NCBI RefSeq assembly: GCF_009914755.1
Contig: NC_060927.1
Length of the DNA stretch: 64,000 bases
Source: the human T2T-CHM13v2.0 reference genome, Homo sapiens
Strand: one strand, 5' to 3'
Part shown: piece by piece, positions 15,300-28,510 of the stretch
Position numbering within the stretch: the first letter of the stretch is position 1
Layout of the letters: every line of letters begins with the position of its first letter
The notes under the pieces: model-generated
What the model was told of the DNA's origin: nothing
Seen by the model: only the letters and a program-made list of their open reading frames with translations
Database searches by the model: none
Position numbers and translations under genes: made by a program

Positions 15300-15995
15300 G
15301 TTATTTGTGTGTTTTAGAATACTTATTGACCCATGTGTATGCAGCAATGCATATAATGGGCCCATCGCTGTCATTTTAGAATTTCCCTTGGGGCAGTGAG
15401 TGAACGATAGACAATATACGAAACAAATAAATGTGTACTGTATATTAGAAGGTGTGCGCTACAAAGCAAAAAATAAAAAGAGGAAGAAAGCACAATGGAA
15501 GACGGTTTACATATGTGTGGCAGAATAGGTCTTATTGATAAAGTGACATATGAGGACCTCCAGAAGGTGACTGAGTTGCCTGTTACTCTAGGTAGGCTGA
15601 GGACAGCAGAAAAATGCTGATCATGTTCAAAGGACAGCAAGGTGGCCTGTTTGGCTTCTGTAGAGGGATCCATGGGGAGAGAAGTAGAAGCTGTGATCAG
15701 GGAGGTAAATTTGGGCAGAGGCCAGATGTGTAGGGCCTTATAGATGATTTTTCAGGTCTTTGTCTTTTACTCTGAATGATGTAGCATGCTGTTGGGGGGT
15801 TTCATGCAGGTGAGTGACATGATCTGACTTAAGTTTTAACAGGATCCCTGGCTGCTGTGTTGATAATAGACTGAAGGGGAGGGGAGGGTGGGTCAGAGAG
15901 TCAGGTTAGGAGACAATTGCAGTCATTTCTAGGACAGGTGATCCAGCATGGGACCCTGAGTGTTAGTAGTTAGAAAGGGCAAGGAGTAGTTTCTG
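15300..15995 (-). mobile_element. L2 fragment
   Basis: gtcttttactctgaatgat...gagtgacatgatctgactta...ctggctgctgtgttga...gttaggagacaattgcagtc. Confidence 0.8.
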
Positions 15996-16027
15996 GATCT
16001 CTTTCTTCCCTCCCCTCCCCTCTTCGT

Positions 16028-16350
16028 TCTTTTTCTTTTTTTTTCTTTTCTTTTTTTTTTTTTGAGACATGGTCTCACTCTGTTGCCCAGGGTGGGGTAC
16101 AGTCGCAGAATCATGGCTTACTGCAGCCTTGATCTCCCGGGCTCAAGTGATACTCACACCTTAGACTCCTGAGTAGCTGGGACCGCTGGCGTGTGCCACC
16201 ATGCCCAGCTAATTTTTAATTTTTTTTTTTTGTAGAGACAGGGTCCTCCTATGTTGCTCAGGCTGGTCTTAAACTTCTGGGCTCAAGTGATCCTCCCACC
16301 ACAGCCTCCTAAAGTGTTGGGCTTATAGGCATGCATCTCTGTGCCTGGCC
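16028..16350 (-). mobile_element. AluJ
   Basis: actgcagccttgatctcccgggctcaagtgat and tatgttgctcaggctggtct (J-type features). Confidence 0.93.
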
Positions 16351-16941
16351 TGGGATTTTTGTGAATGTACAACCAAGAATTTGCTGTGCTGTCCGGGAGG
16401 GAGTTAGGGAGAAAAATTAATGCTAATAAATGAAAACAAGCTGTCCTGCCGAGACACTTGAAAGGTCTAAATTTCCCCTTAAAAAGTAGTCCTGCAGTTG
16501 AGAACTGAGGATACAAAGAGAATGAAAGCTGATTACAGCATGCTTCATCCTTTGTCCAGCATCTTCTGAAAACGGTTATTTTATATTGCAGCTTTGTCTG
16601 CATTAGCAGTTTTACCTGCAAGGAAAGGAATTCTAAATTGCTAATTAGAGCACTTGTTTTTCACAACTAGGATCCAGCTGTTTTGGAAATCACTAAGCAT
16701 TTTCTCTGGAATGGGAGTTCCTGAACTAAAGTATTGCAGCTAAGTTCATCAATATGGTAGATGGGAATTGACATATGCTTGCATCATTCAGGGTTTAGTT
16801 CTAGAATCTAAAAGGAAAAATGTATGTGCTGTCTCCTGCTTACTGGCAAGCTGTGGATCTTAACTTCAGTTTCCTATTAATCGTATTTTTTATGCATCTT
16901 GCCAAATAGGACTCTTCATTGTGTTTAAGAAAATGATTTGG

Positions 16942-17249
16942 GTCCAGATGCGGTGGCTCATACCTGTAATCACAGCACTTTGGGCGGCTGAGGCAGGCGA
17001 ATCACTTGAGGTCAGGAGTTTGAGAACAGCCTGGCCAACGTGGTGAAACCTCATCTCTACTAAAAATATGAAAATTACCTGGGCGTGGTGGTGGGCGCCT
17101 ATAATCCCAGCTACTCGGGAGGTTGAGGCAGGGAGAATTGCTTGAACCCGGGAGGTGGAGGTTGCAGTGAGCCAAGATGGCTTCTCTGCACTCCAGCCTT
17201 GGTGACAGAGCGAGACTCCATTTCAAAATAAATAAATAAATAAATAAAA
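16942..17249 (+). mobile_element. AluS with (TAAA)n tail
   Basis: Complete dimer followed by aaataaataaataa. Confidence 0.95.
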
Positions 17250-17696
17250 GATTGGTTTCTTCTTTAAAAAAATAAAACTCTCAGACATGTAGGAGCCCAC
17301 CACAAAACTGTCAAATGATGCTTTCCTTTGCCTTCTTGATAATGTACATAGACTACTGTCAGAGATTTTTTTTTCATGATATTAGTGATATTTAAACAGG
17401 TAGTTGAAGAACTGTGGAACCAACACCACAGAGCCATACTCTAAGCCAAAGTTTTCTCTTTTCATTTCCAGTAAACAAGTTACTGTGATGCCTCATGACT
17501 GTCTTTTTTAGAGTGTGTTGGTATTGTTTTAAACTATTTTTTAATCTTTTGATACCTTAAATAGGGCAGACTGTCTTAGTACACAAAGGCCTATAGTTTC
17601 AATTAGTTGTACATGGAACTTTTTTTTTACCAGTTTTTATTTCTACCTTAATCTTGCAACGTTTATGCCATTAATCTTCTCAAATTTAGTATGTCC

Positions 17697-18029
<333 letters not shown>

Positions 18030-18354
18030 TCACTTAATTTCCTTTTATCCACCTACTTAGCTTTGTGCCCCACCTAAAAACATATGATTCTATTGGAAAC
18101 GTTGGTACTTTTGTTAATACATTTATAATGATAACTGTTTTCTTTGCAGATTATGAAGAGACAGGGTCAAAGATCCCAGTACTGGTAGTCTGTTCTCACC
18201 AGTGCATGTCCTTAGCTGAGAGATCCTGTCCTTTGTGGAGCAGCTGAACTCAGCTGTAAGACACAGACCTGAAGTCTGTGTTGAAATTGTCCTTCAGATT
18301 TGCCTAACATCCTAACTGCCCACCAGTACCAACCATTTAAATATTGCTATAGCA

Positions 18355-18770
18355 AGAAGTTTAACGAGAGTCTCTGGAGCCATCTCTCTGAGTTTGAATC
18401 TTGCTTTCACTACTTGCTTGATGGTGTGATCTAAATACCAAATAGCATAACCTTTTTTGGCTGCAATTTCTTCATTCAGAAAATGAGGGTAGTATTGTCA
18501 GGAGCAAATAAGGTAATCTGTGGACGTTGGTCCATTGTCAGTGGCCTATAAATGTTACCTGTTAATAAAGAATTGGTGTGAAGGGTTAAAAACCGTTTAC
18601 TAGGGGAATGATCTTGGACAGGTTATTTAACCCTCTGCCCTCACATGCCTCATCTATAAAATGGGGGTAATATGGAAGTTTATGACCTACAGTGAATTTG
18701 AGAATTATGTGAGATGATTCTTTGAAAGCACTTAGCACAAATGTCTGGTAACAGCTAGTACTCCATATCA
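18355..18770 (+). mobile_element. Two adjacent MIR fragments
   Basis: gagtttgaatcttgctttcactactt...; tgatcttggacaggttatttaaccctctg...catctataaaatgggggtaa...aaagcacttagcaca. Confidence 0.7.
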
Positions 18771-19629
18771 GCCTGTCATGTTGTTCTTGGCTGTTTTCCT
18801 CATTCTCAAAACAGTTTCCTTGACCTCACTCTTGGAGGTGCTGTATGGGGCCTCAGAAATATGTTTTATTTCTAATGAGGTTCTTCACTGCAAATCTCCC
18901 AGCACTAGTCTTTTTGGTTTAGCATTTCGGAAACACTGTCTTCGTCATCCATGACCATTGTCAGTGAGCTGCCACATCTCACCATGTAAGTCCTAAAATG
19001 AAACTGTGTTTCACTTAGAAATAGAATTCTACCTATTTTTCTGAAGAATACTTTTTTTTTTATGGTGGCCACTTTGTTTGCTGTCAATATAAATATATCG
19101 CTTCTGTAACTCTCACAGTTGCATGTGTTTCTCCTCCATCAATGATCTGTTTAGCCCCTAAAATTATAATAATTCCTGTGGTCTGTAAAGATTTTCATCA
19201 AACATTTTATGTCGATCACAAATTTAGACACAATGAAAAACAAGAAAGCCGGCCATTTTTACGTTTTCACTGATTTGCTCTTTTTTATATATTCTCCTTG
19301 TATACCCCTATTTATTTGATGCAATTTTATTTGCCAAATGCCCCCACTGTCATGTGTTGGATTACAAAGGTGAAGTTCTATGTCCTACCCTTGAAGAACC
19401 GTGTTCTAATATTCCCCAAGGGAGGTCCCTTGTTACCTACTGTTGGGAACCCTGCAGTGTGCTGGAAAACATTACTACATTTTCAAGTGCAACTGACATG
19501 GATGCATTTCAGTGAGATCCTTGACAGAATATCTCTTGATATTCTCAGAGTTGACATGGAGAAATGAGGATTCATAATAGATTGAAAAACCCTTCCCTGG
19601 GAATTCTAGATAATGCACTACTGTAATGA

Positions 19630-19810
19630 TGGAGAGTTCTATCTTTAGCCCTGGCCTTTTGAGCATTTTTATCAAACAGCTTGACAAAGGAGATGGATTT
19701 ATTAAATTTGTGAATGTTGCCAGGAGGCATAGGTCAGAAATTGGATGACAGTCAGGATCTCCCTAGTTCCCAAGAGGTCTGATGGGTGAAATTTAAATAT
19801 AATGCAGTAG
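19630..19810 (+). mobile_element. L3/CR1 LINE relic (RT region)
   Basis: gttctatctttagccctggccttttgagcatttttatcaaacagcttgac...attaaatttgtgaatg...ggatgacagtcaggat resembles the CR1 RT coding core. Confidence 0.6.
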
Positions 19811-20068
19811 AGAAGCAACAGGTAATGCAGTGTAATGGAAGAGTTGTATAAACTTGGGTCTAAATCACAGCATCAGCTTAATTGTTTACTTGTACTAATG
19901 GGTATATTAGCAACCTACAGGGTTCTCATATGTGGTTAACATAAAATACAATATTGACTTCCTTTTTAATAATAAATTGTCTCATTTTTAGTTTCAAATG
20001 AAGTATTTGTTTTAATATGGATCTGATATAACATCACATGGAAAAGACTGTAGGGTCTTTTTAAAAAA

Positions 20069-20359
20069 TTTTTTTTTGAGAGGGAGTCTCGGTGTCTTGC
20101 CCAGGCTGGCATCCAGTGGCACGATCTCGGCTCACAGCAACCTCTGCCTCCCCGGTTCAAGCAATTTTCCTTGCCTCAGTCTCCCGAGTAGCTGGGATTA
20201 CAGGCGCCCGCCATCATGCCTGGCTAATTTTTGTATTTTTATATAGATAGGGTTTCAACCTGTTGGCCAGCCTGTCCTTCAACTGCTGACCTCAGGTGTT
20301 CTGCCATGCCTTGGCCTCCCAAAGTGCTGCAATTACAGGTGTGAGCCACCGCGCCCAGC
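20069..20359 (-). mobile_element. AluS
   Basis: Complete antisense dimer; tagg(g)gtctttt on both flanks. Confidence 0.95.
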
Positions 20360-20394
20360 TTATAGGGGTCTTTTTCTCCCACATAATTCCATAA

Positions 20395-20666
20395 TGCATT
20401 GTTTCTCAACCTTGTTTATTATTGCCTATCTCCCTAGGAGTCTTTTCAGACATTTTCTCTTTAATCACCCCCTAGTCCCTGAGATTTTAATACCACAGAT
20501 AGATTGTATATCTGATTATGTGCTCTATGTATATTTGTGCCTTAAATGTAAAAAGAGTACAATATTTCTGCCCTCCCCCACCCCCCACACTCCAAGAACA
20601 AACTTTACCTCACCGGGAGCAAGACCACCCAACTAGAGGCAGTGTCACCCCTGTTGAGAATGCATG
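20395..20666. mobile_element. hAT-type MITE (family not assigned)
   Basis: Terminal inverted repeats ...ttctcaac / gttgagaa... about 270 bp apart. Confidence 0.55.
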
Positions 20667-21349
20667 CTATGATGTGATAAAACCTCAGGGGTTTCAGAGT
20701 TCATTGAGAATGTCCTGAGATCCAGGTCTCATGAGTTCTCTAATTGTGTGTCTAATTTTTTAACACGTTTTTGGTTAATTATGGAAGTATTACATGTATT
20801 TTCAAAATAAGTATCTCCCTGGATCATGCATGTGTTTTGACTTCCAGAAGTCATCATCATTAATGGTTTAGGAAGTTGCCTTGTAATTTTTGTGTATATA
20901 CCGTTACTGGTTTTGATTTGTGTTTATTTTTTCTTTACATGATGTGATATATTTCTGTAATAATAGTTCTGCAACTAGCTTTTTTTTCACAGAATGGCAT
21001 TAGATACTTCTACCTCCATTTGAAATTTATATGGTTTTTAAAAAAATTTAACTTTTAAATTGGTAAGATATTTATATGATTCAGTGTTCAAAGAGTATAA
21101 AATAATAAGTAGTAAAAAATTGCTCCTATTTCCTCTCCCTGTGTTAATGTTATAGTGTCTTAAATATGTTTACAGAGATACTGTATGCATGTAAAAATGA
21201 ATCTGTGTGGCCACTTATTTTCTCATATTAGAAACACAAATGGTGTAACATAATGCATGTTGGGTTTTTCAATTAAAAATGTAACTTAGAGGTCTTTTAA
21301 TTTGAGTTTAAAGAGGTTTACTTTTTCCCCCAATGAATTCCAGACTATT

Positions 21350-21534
21350 TCAGGCTTCTGAGTAGCTGGGATTGCAGGCACCTGCCACCACACTCAACTA
21401 ATTTTTGTATTTTTAGTAGAGACGGGATTTCGCCTTGCTGGCCAGGCTGTTCTCAAACTCCTGACCTCAAGTGATCTGCCCGCCTCAGCCTCCCAAAGTG
21501 CTGGGATTACAAGTGTAAGCCACCATGCCTGACT
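21350..21534 (-). mobile_element. Alu fragment (3' part missing) within old L1 sequence
   Basis: gagtagctgggattgcagg...cccaaagtgctgggattac; flanks are AT-rich and L1ME-like. Confidence 0.9.
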
Positions 21535-22064
21535 GACATTTAGAGCTGATTGATTTCTAGCATCTCTTTGCGTACTAGAGAACTTTTACTTTTGCAGTAT
21601 GGATTGCAAATGTGTTTTGCTGGTCATTTGTCTTTTGATGTTTTTTACCGTAGTTCCTCCAATGCAGAACATTAAGTATTCTTTATTGTATTTGAGTTTA
21701 TCAGTCTTTTTTGGCTTCTAGTTAATATGTAGAAATGCTTTCCCTACTCTAATTCTTCCCACAACTGCTTCTTATACTTTTATATATTTATTTTAAACAT
21801 TTAAATCTTGGATTCATTTGAAGTTTGTCCTAGAGTAAGGTCGTCTAGTTTTGGACCATTGCATAGTATTATGTAATAAAATAAGTTTGTAATAAGTGGT
21901 GGATATTTGCATTATTGCCAATTCTTTCATATTATAAACATTGCTGAAATTTAATATGCTTTCTTGTAAACATATGTATTAAGTTGCTGGTACATAAGGT
22001 ATGCAGATGTACATATTACCTATGTGCTGTATTTCTGCCAGGGAAGCAATATTTTGTGATTTAG

Positions 22065-22262
22065 AGCCAAGGTCAACAAACAGTTTCTGTAAGGACAGAT
22101 GATAAATATTTTAGACTTTGCTGTCTCTTTTAAAACTACTCAAATCTGATCTTTAGACAATATATGAATGAACGGATATGACCAAGTTCCGATAAAACTG
22201 TTTATAAAAACAGGTTGTGGGCTGGATTTGATTCACAGGCCATAGTTTGCAAATGCCCGTTT
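22065..22262 (+). mobile_element. MER58A-like hAT MITE
   Basis: ctgtaaggacagatgataaatattttagactttg...gggctggatttgattcacaggccatagtttgc. Confidence 0.8.
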
Positions 22263-22274
22263 TGGAGCATGTTT

Positions 22275-22480
22275 TAGTCCCGTAGATGTGGAATTGACTG
22301 TTTGATCTTACACATACTACACGAGGGCAAGTTTTCTAGCTTCTGAGCCTCAGTTTCATTATCTGTAAAATGGGGAAGGTAGGGCATATTTGACACGAGT
22401 TGTTGAAAGGATCGAAGAAGATAAAATGTAGAAAGTTTTCATTACAATGGATATAGTGAATATTCTCCAAATGGATGATG
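22275..22480 (+). mobile_element. MIR
   Basis: gggcaagtttt...tctgagcctcagtttcattatctgtaaaatgggga. Confidence 0.75.
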
Positions 22481-24332
22481 GATTGTTGATGTTAGTCATT
22501 TGATAGCAGAAGTAGGACTTGGATGTTTAAAAACTCAGCTATCAAGATAATTCAGATTTTGATGCAATATGGTTGATTATTGATTTTTCCTTTTGGTTCA
22601 GAGTCCAATAGTCTTTGCACAGCACCGTTACTGATAATATCTTTCTTTGCCTGCTCATCCCAGATGTTTTGAACTCATTTAAAATTTTATGACACTTTTG
22701 AAATATTATTTGTTTTGATAACTGAATTTTTGGTGAATGCCTTGTTTGCCTTACCCTAGTCCTATCCCTATTGAACAGGTATGAAAATAGACAAGTCTCT
22801 GACATCATGAGGCTCATTTTCTCATGGGCCTTGCACTAGGAAGAGAAATTAACAAAGCTAACAAAATAGAGAGTGGCTAAGGTTGCTATTTTAGATAGTT
22901 AGGTCAGAAGGCCTCTCTGATTAGGATTTCTGCTAAAATCCCTCTAATTTTTTTCCTAGGTCTCATTTACTGGAAGTTACTTACACTATGAATTTATTGA
23001 AATAGAAGTGCAAGTTAAAATCAAGTATTCACAGTGTGACAGTGGGACACAGAATTCATCATGTTGTTTTGGCTTTACCGCATAAATATGGTGCTTTATG
23101 TCTAGACATTTCCCCAGATAGCATTTAATAGTTAATATATTTTGGAGCAAACATTCCTCCTTTTATGGTTGTCACAGGAAGTGAGTTAATCATCCTGTCT
23201 GCACCCTGTGAAGTGTTTCCTAGTCCCACATCCCATCCACACCAGGCCCCTGTGCTGTTGAGTGAGTGCCTTGTAAAACTGCTTTTAATTTCTTTTTTTT
23301 TTTCCTCTCAGCCTTTATGTCAGTGGGTAGGTATACAGACCCTCAGCCCTCCTAAACACCAAACTCCCAAATTCTGTCTCTGGGAATTTTTCCCTTTTCC
23401 TACTTGTGATTGAAATTTCTCATGAGCTTGAGCATCTTTTTAAATATTAAACAAAACCTTGTGGAGCATGATACTGAGTAATGGTGTGAAAAAGCCCTTC
23501 CATACAAAGAAAGGAAATCCTGGCCGTGTTTAAACCAGACCTTAACTGCCAGTTTTGTTTTGCTCTCTGGGTTGCATCTCTGACTTTTCAGAATAGTGCG
23601 TGCTCACCTCAGCAAGTCTTTCCCACATGATAACTTGAGCGGTGGCATGTCTCTGAGGCAGAAAACTTCAGCAAGAGGCAGCTGTTCCCGTTAAGTGCTT
23701 CATGGATTTTTATCCCATGACTGCTGTGTTAACAGTAAAAATTTACAGCAATGGACTTCAGAGCTTGTTTCTTCTTTTTTTGTCTAAATGAGATCTTTAA
23801 AACCTTAGCCAAGTTCGTCCTTCTCTTATAGGGAAAGAAGATAGGAAGAAAGAGGGAGAAGGAGGAGGGAATTTAGGGTTGTTATTTTTATATATTCCAT
23901 CCAGAATGCATTCCTGATTTTTGTCTTTATAATTTGACATTTTCGTCTTAGTGAAAACATCGAATAATTTAAATGTTGGTCTTCTTAAACCACCATTTTG
24001 ATTATATCCTATATTTATTAGTTACAAATAGCACAAAGCCTACTCAGATGGGTTAAAATACAAAGGCAGTTAAAACTGAAAAGTCTAGAGATAAAATTTA
24101 AATTCAGACATGGTTTGATCAGATCTTCCTCTCTATTTTCCTCCCTTTCTCTTGTTACTGTCTTTTTACTTTTCAGCTTTGGCCTTCAGCTGCTTCCCTC
24201 CTGATTGCAGGTCATTCTGCTCCCTTCCTTCTTCATTCACATTCAAGGGAGGAGGGCCTCTTCTCCCCTACAGGCTCTGAACAAAATTTTGGGCCTTGCC
24301 TTGTGAATAGTACCAACCTAAACCAGTCCCTC

Positions 24333-24689
24333 TGTATTAGTCCGTTCTCATGCTGCTGTGAAGAAATACTTGAGACTGGGTAATTTATAAAGAAAAGAGG
24401 TTCAATTGACTCATAGTTCCACATGGCTGGGGAGGCCTCGGGGAACTTACAGTCATGGCAGAAGGCACCTCTTCACTGGGTGGCAGGACAGAGATTGAGT
24501 GCCCAGCACAGGGGGAGACCCCTTATAAAACCGTCAGATCTCGTGAGAACTCAGTATCACTGCAACAGGATGGGGGAAACCGCCCATATGACTCACTTTC
24601 CTCCACCTAGTCGCTTCCATGACACATGGAGATTATGGGAACTACAATTTAAGATGACATTTGGATGGGGACATAGCCAAACCATATCA
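24333..24689 (-). mobile_element. THE1 (C/D-like) solo LTR, complete, 357 bp
   Basis: tgtattagtccgttctcatgctgct...gccaaaccatatca; perfect 5-bp TSD CCCTC (24328-32, 24690-94). Confidence 0.95.
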
Positions 24690-27600
24690 CCCTCTGAACT
24701 GAGAAATCTTCCAGGCGCTAACTGGCGTAGGCCTGGGTTAACACCCTTTGCTGATTCAATCTCTTGTCAAGGAGGATGAGATTCCACTAATTGCCATATA
24801 TTAGTCAAGTGCTGTTTCTGAAGCTGGGTCAGGGTCATGCCATTTAGATATTAGTATTTGGATGTGTGTTCCTAGAGGAAAGTATGGATAATCATGTTTA
24901 GTGAGTACTTGGTATGTGCCAATTACTGTTGGACATGCTGTTGGTGTAAATCATTTATTAAACCCTTATCACATCCTTGTGGTTACTTTTAGTAAGGTAC
25001 TTGGTGGGGTTTGGAGGTCAGCTGGACTATCAACAAATATTTTGTGTCTATTTGATTCTTCCAGGTATTACAGGACGTGCTCCGATTGAATTTAGAACTC
25101 TTAGGAGCTTTAGAGGTGATCTAATGTAACCCTGTAATTTACATGTAACAAAATTGAATTCTTATAAAACATCACCACTGCCATATTCATGTCCACTCTC
25201 CAGAGATGAAACTGGAATGGAAAGAGCAAATACGTGACATGACTGTCCCCCTAGAAAGGTATTGCTCATTAATCTTGTCTTTATGAATAACTAGTCATAC
25301 AATTTGTGAGTTATTTGGAGCCAACATGCAAGGTAAATCTTACTTGTTAGCCTTGAACTAGAACTCAAGTTGCCAGTCACCTTGCCCAGTGCTCTTTGTA
25401 CTCTGTTGTATGACCTTTTTAATCCTTGGATGATTGTTTCTATTATGTCTCGATGGAAAGTCAGGATTCTAAAAGAACATATTAGTCAAAATGTTGACTA
25501 TTTGGGGGTGTACCTAACTTTAAGGTTGAAAACTTCAGGTCTGGAACGAACTCATCTCCATTTTATAAACACTTAAGATGTTTGGCATTGGCTAGTAAGA
25601 ATTGTGATAACTTTGTTAGTATCTCAGATACTTGTTGAAGCCAGTTTCCTGTTGTATCTATGAGAAGCAGGAATAAAGCTGGTACAACTTTAAGTCAGAC
25701 TAGTTAGGTTTGGGGTGAATAAATGATCCCAATTATTGGTAGAAATTTTTAATGAATGTTTGGATGTGGGGTGGATTCAACTTGAAAGATATAACTTTTA
25801 AATCCCAGATACACCTAAACATGCATAGGTCAAAGACTTTTAAGTCTTTAAAGGACCTTCAGAATCTTGCAGTGTGTGGATGGCATGCATATTCATGGTT
25901 TGCACTCTAATAATGTCATATTATACACCCATGCGGGCATCACTAATCAGTCAACTCCTTTTGAGCCTTTACTCAGCCTAGAGGTCTGTGGCTCAGAACT
26001 AAAAGGTAGCCATTATTGCCATCTTTACTCTTTTTAATACCCTCCTTTTCCAGAACAGTAAAACAGGCTCCAGAGAAGCTTTTTACCATCAGGATTAGAG
26101 TCTGGGACCTCCAGTTTAGGCATTGGTACTGAATGAAATTTTACCTGAAATAGTTTTAACATCCAGTCCTAAAATAGACACCCTGGGAAATTAGACAGAT
26201 AATGGTATTAAAAAATGAACAAAGTAGTTAGTTTCTATTTCTGGTGTTATTGTCTGATATTACTTCTGGTATTATGGTTAGTTGTTGATAGTTTTCTTTA
26301 AGCACACCATTGATATGAAATGGAGTACTGCAGTTTTTACACCTTAAATTTAAAACCAAAAAATGTGTATTTCATTATTTGCAAAGTAACTTTATATTTT
26401 CTTAACTGGTTTAAAATTTAGAATATTTCTATCAACAAAGTTGAGCAGCTTTATAACTGAATATGAATAAAGTAAAAATAGTGGCAAGCAGTAATATGCA
26501 TGCCTTTTAAGACTTTTTCCATTTTTCGTGTACACACAAACAATAAATGCACAAGAAGTAATTAAGCTATTAGTACTGGAGAATGCAAAAGAATTGTAAT
26601 CAGAATCCCATAAAGATTTTAATTAAAACATGGAATAATTTAAACCTGTGTATTCGATTTCGGATAAAAAGCATTAATTATAATAGGTAAAAATGATACA
26701 CATATTTTTGGATTGTTGCTATTGGTTAAAAGTAGACAACAAAATGCAGAGTAATAAGCCTGGATTCAGGTAATATTTGTAATATAAGTTTATTGAGAGA
26801 GGCATTAATAAGCATATTTGACTAGAAACAGCACATAACATGTATATTAGTTTTGTTTTTAATTAGATTTAGACAGAATTCATTATTTTTAATGGCTTTT
26901 CATTAGTGAATAGGAACCATTATTTGGATCTATTGTGGTAAAATAAATTCAAGGTACATGCTTATTTTCAGCAAAGAACCTCTTAGGTATTTAAAGAAAC
27001 CACTGTTTGGAACATGAATCATATATAGGTATGTGAAATTCCTTGCTTTTAGACAAAAGTATGATTTCTATGCTCATACAACTTTTATCTTAGGTCAGTT
27101 ATTAACAGAGAACTATACTGAAGTGAGACAGTTTGCTTAAATTGTAGAAAATTCTTGTTGTTGACCAGTTTTATTTGTCCTTATTTGGACTTTTCAAGTA
27201 GTATTGCTGGGGCTGATGGTAGGGCAACATTAAGGTGTTTCTCTCAGATTTTTATATGATATTTGTTTGAATAGAATTAACTAGCATTGATTTAAAATTT
27301 ATATGTGTCGACCAAGTTCTTTGGGCTAACTCTGCCTTAAAGAAACTGAGTATGAAGTGAAGTCTCAGATTCAAGCCCAGATTTACAGTATTTGCCATTA
27401 TTTTCATGTGAGGAATTCTATCTGCCTTAAACAGACCAGTTGGAATTAATCTCCAATTGTGTGATTTATTCTCCCTACTGTGGAAATATGTCTTCCTGAT
27501 GCTAGTCTACTGAATTGTAACATCTCAAAATGAGAAAAATACAGTGACTTGTGAATGGCACACTAAGGAGGTAGAAGTGGATTATTTTAATGCAGAAATG

Positions 27601-28059
27601 AGCTATAGGTTAAGCTAATGATGTTTTTCTTAATGACAGCTTTAAAAACTGAATTTCTCCAACTTTATATAAGGTTTTTATATAAGCTTAAATAATATCA
27701 CCCATGAACTTGATTATTTTCTTTACCGTAGTCTCTTGTTTCCTTCGTCTTTTGTGTTTGCAGACTCCATTTATCCAAAAAGAATATGACAGTCATCCCA
27801 GTATTACCCATAAATCAGTGCCCATCTCCCTCATCTATCATGCCATAGACACGGCCTAAGTGCATACCAGTAAATCCAGTAAAACCTGGTTAGCAAAATT
27901 TAACTTATTTAACACAACTTATATTTTACTTGGCTTCTATGCAGTTTGCTCCATAATTTCTTCATTTCATTGTCAGAGTAGCCACAAAAGAATGACCTTT
28001 TGACAAGGACCTACTAGGAACCCAACATGGGTGTGTTTACTATTAACTGAGCACCAAAC

Positions 28060-28510
28060 TTTACTCAGAGCTCATGAGTTTTTCCATTAATTTTTGTTTT
28101 TGATTCCACCATTCAATCTAGAGCACCACATTCTATTTATTGTCTGTGTCTCCTTAATCTTCTCTGATCTCTGACAGTGTTTTAGTCTTTCTCATGACCT
28201 TGACACTTTTGAGGAGTGTTTGTCAATTATATAGAATGTTTGTCAATTATATAGAATGTTCCCCAATTTGGGTTTGTCTGATGTATTCCCCATGATTATA
28301 CCAGGGTTGTGAATTTTTGGAAAGAATACCACGGAGGTGATTTGCCCTTCTTACCACTTCCTGTCAGATGTCCAAGATAGCCATGTGGTCTCACTGGGGA
28401 TGTTAACCTTCATCATTTGACTAAGGTGACTTTTGCTAGGCCTCTCCACTGGGAACTTACTCACTAAATCTAGCCAAAGATGGGATTAAGTTCTTCTTGC
28501 CAGAGGGGCG
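28060..28510 (-). mobile_element. L1MC/MD 3' fragment containing a perfect 20-bp tandem duplication (28217-28260)
   Basis: tcatgaccttgacacttttgaggagt...caatttgggtttgtctgatg...aagaataccacggaggtgat; (tgtttgtcaattatatagaa)x2. Confidence 0.8.

Noticed and set aside
18130-18262. Strong-looking acceptor tttctttgcAG at 18149
   Set aside because: No good donor nearby; isolated acceptors are common in AT-rich introns.
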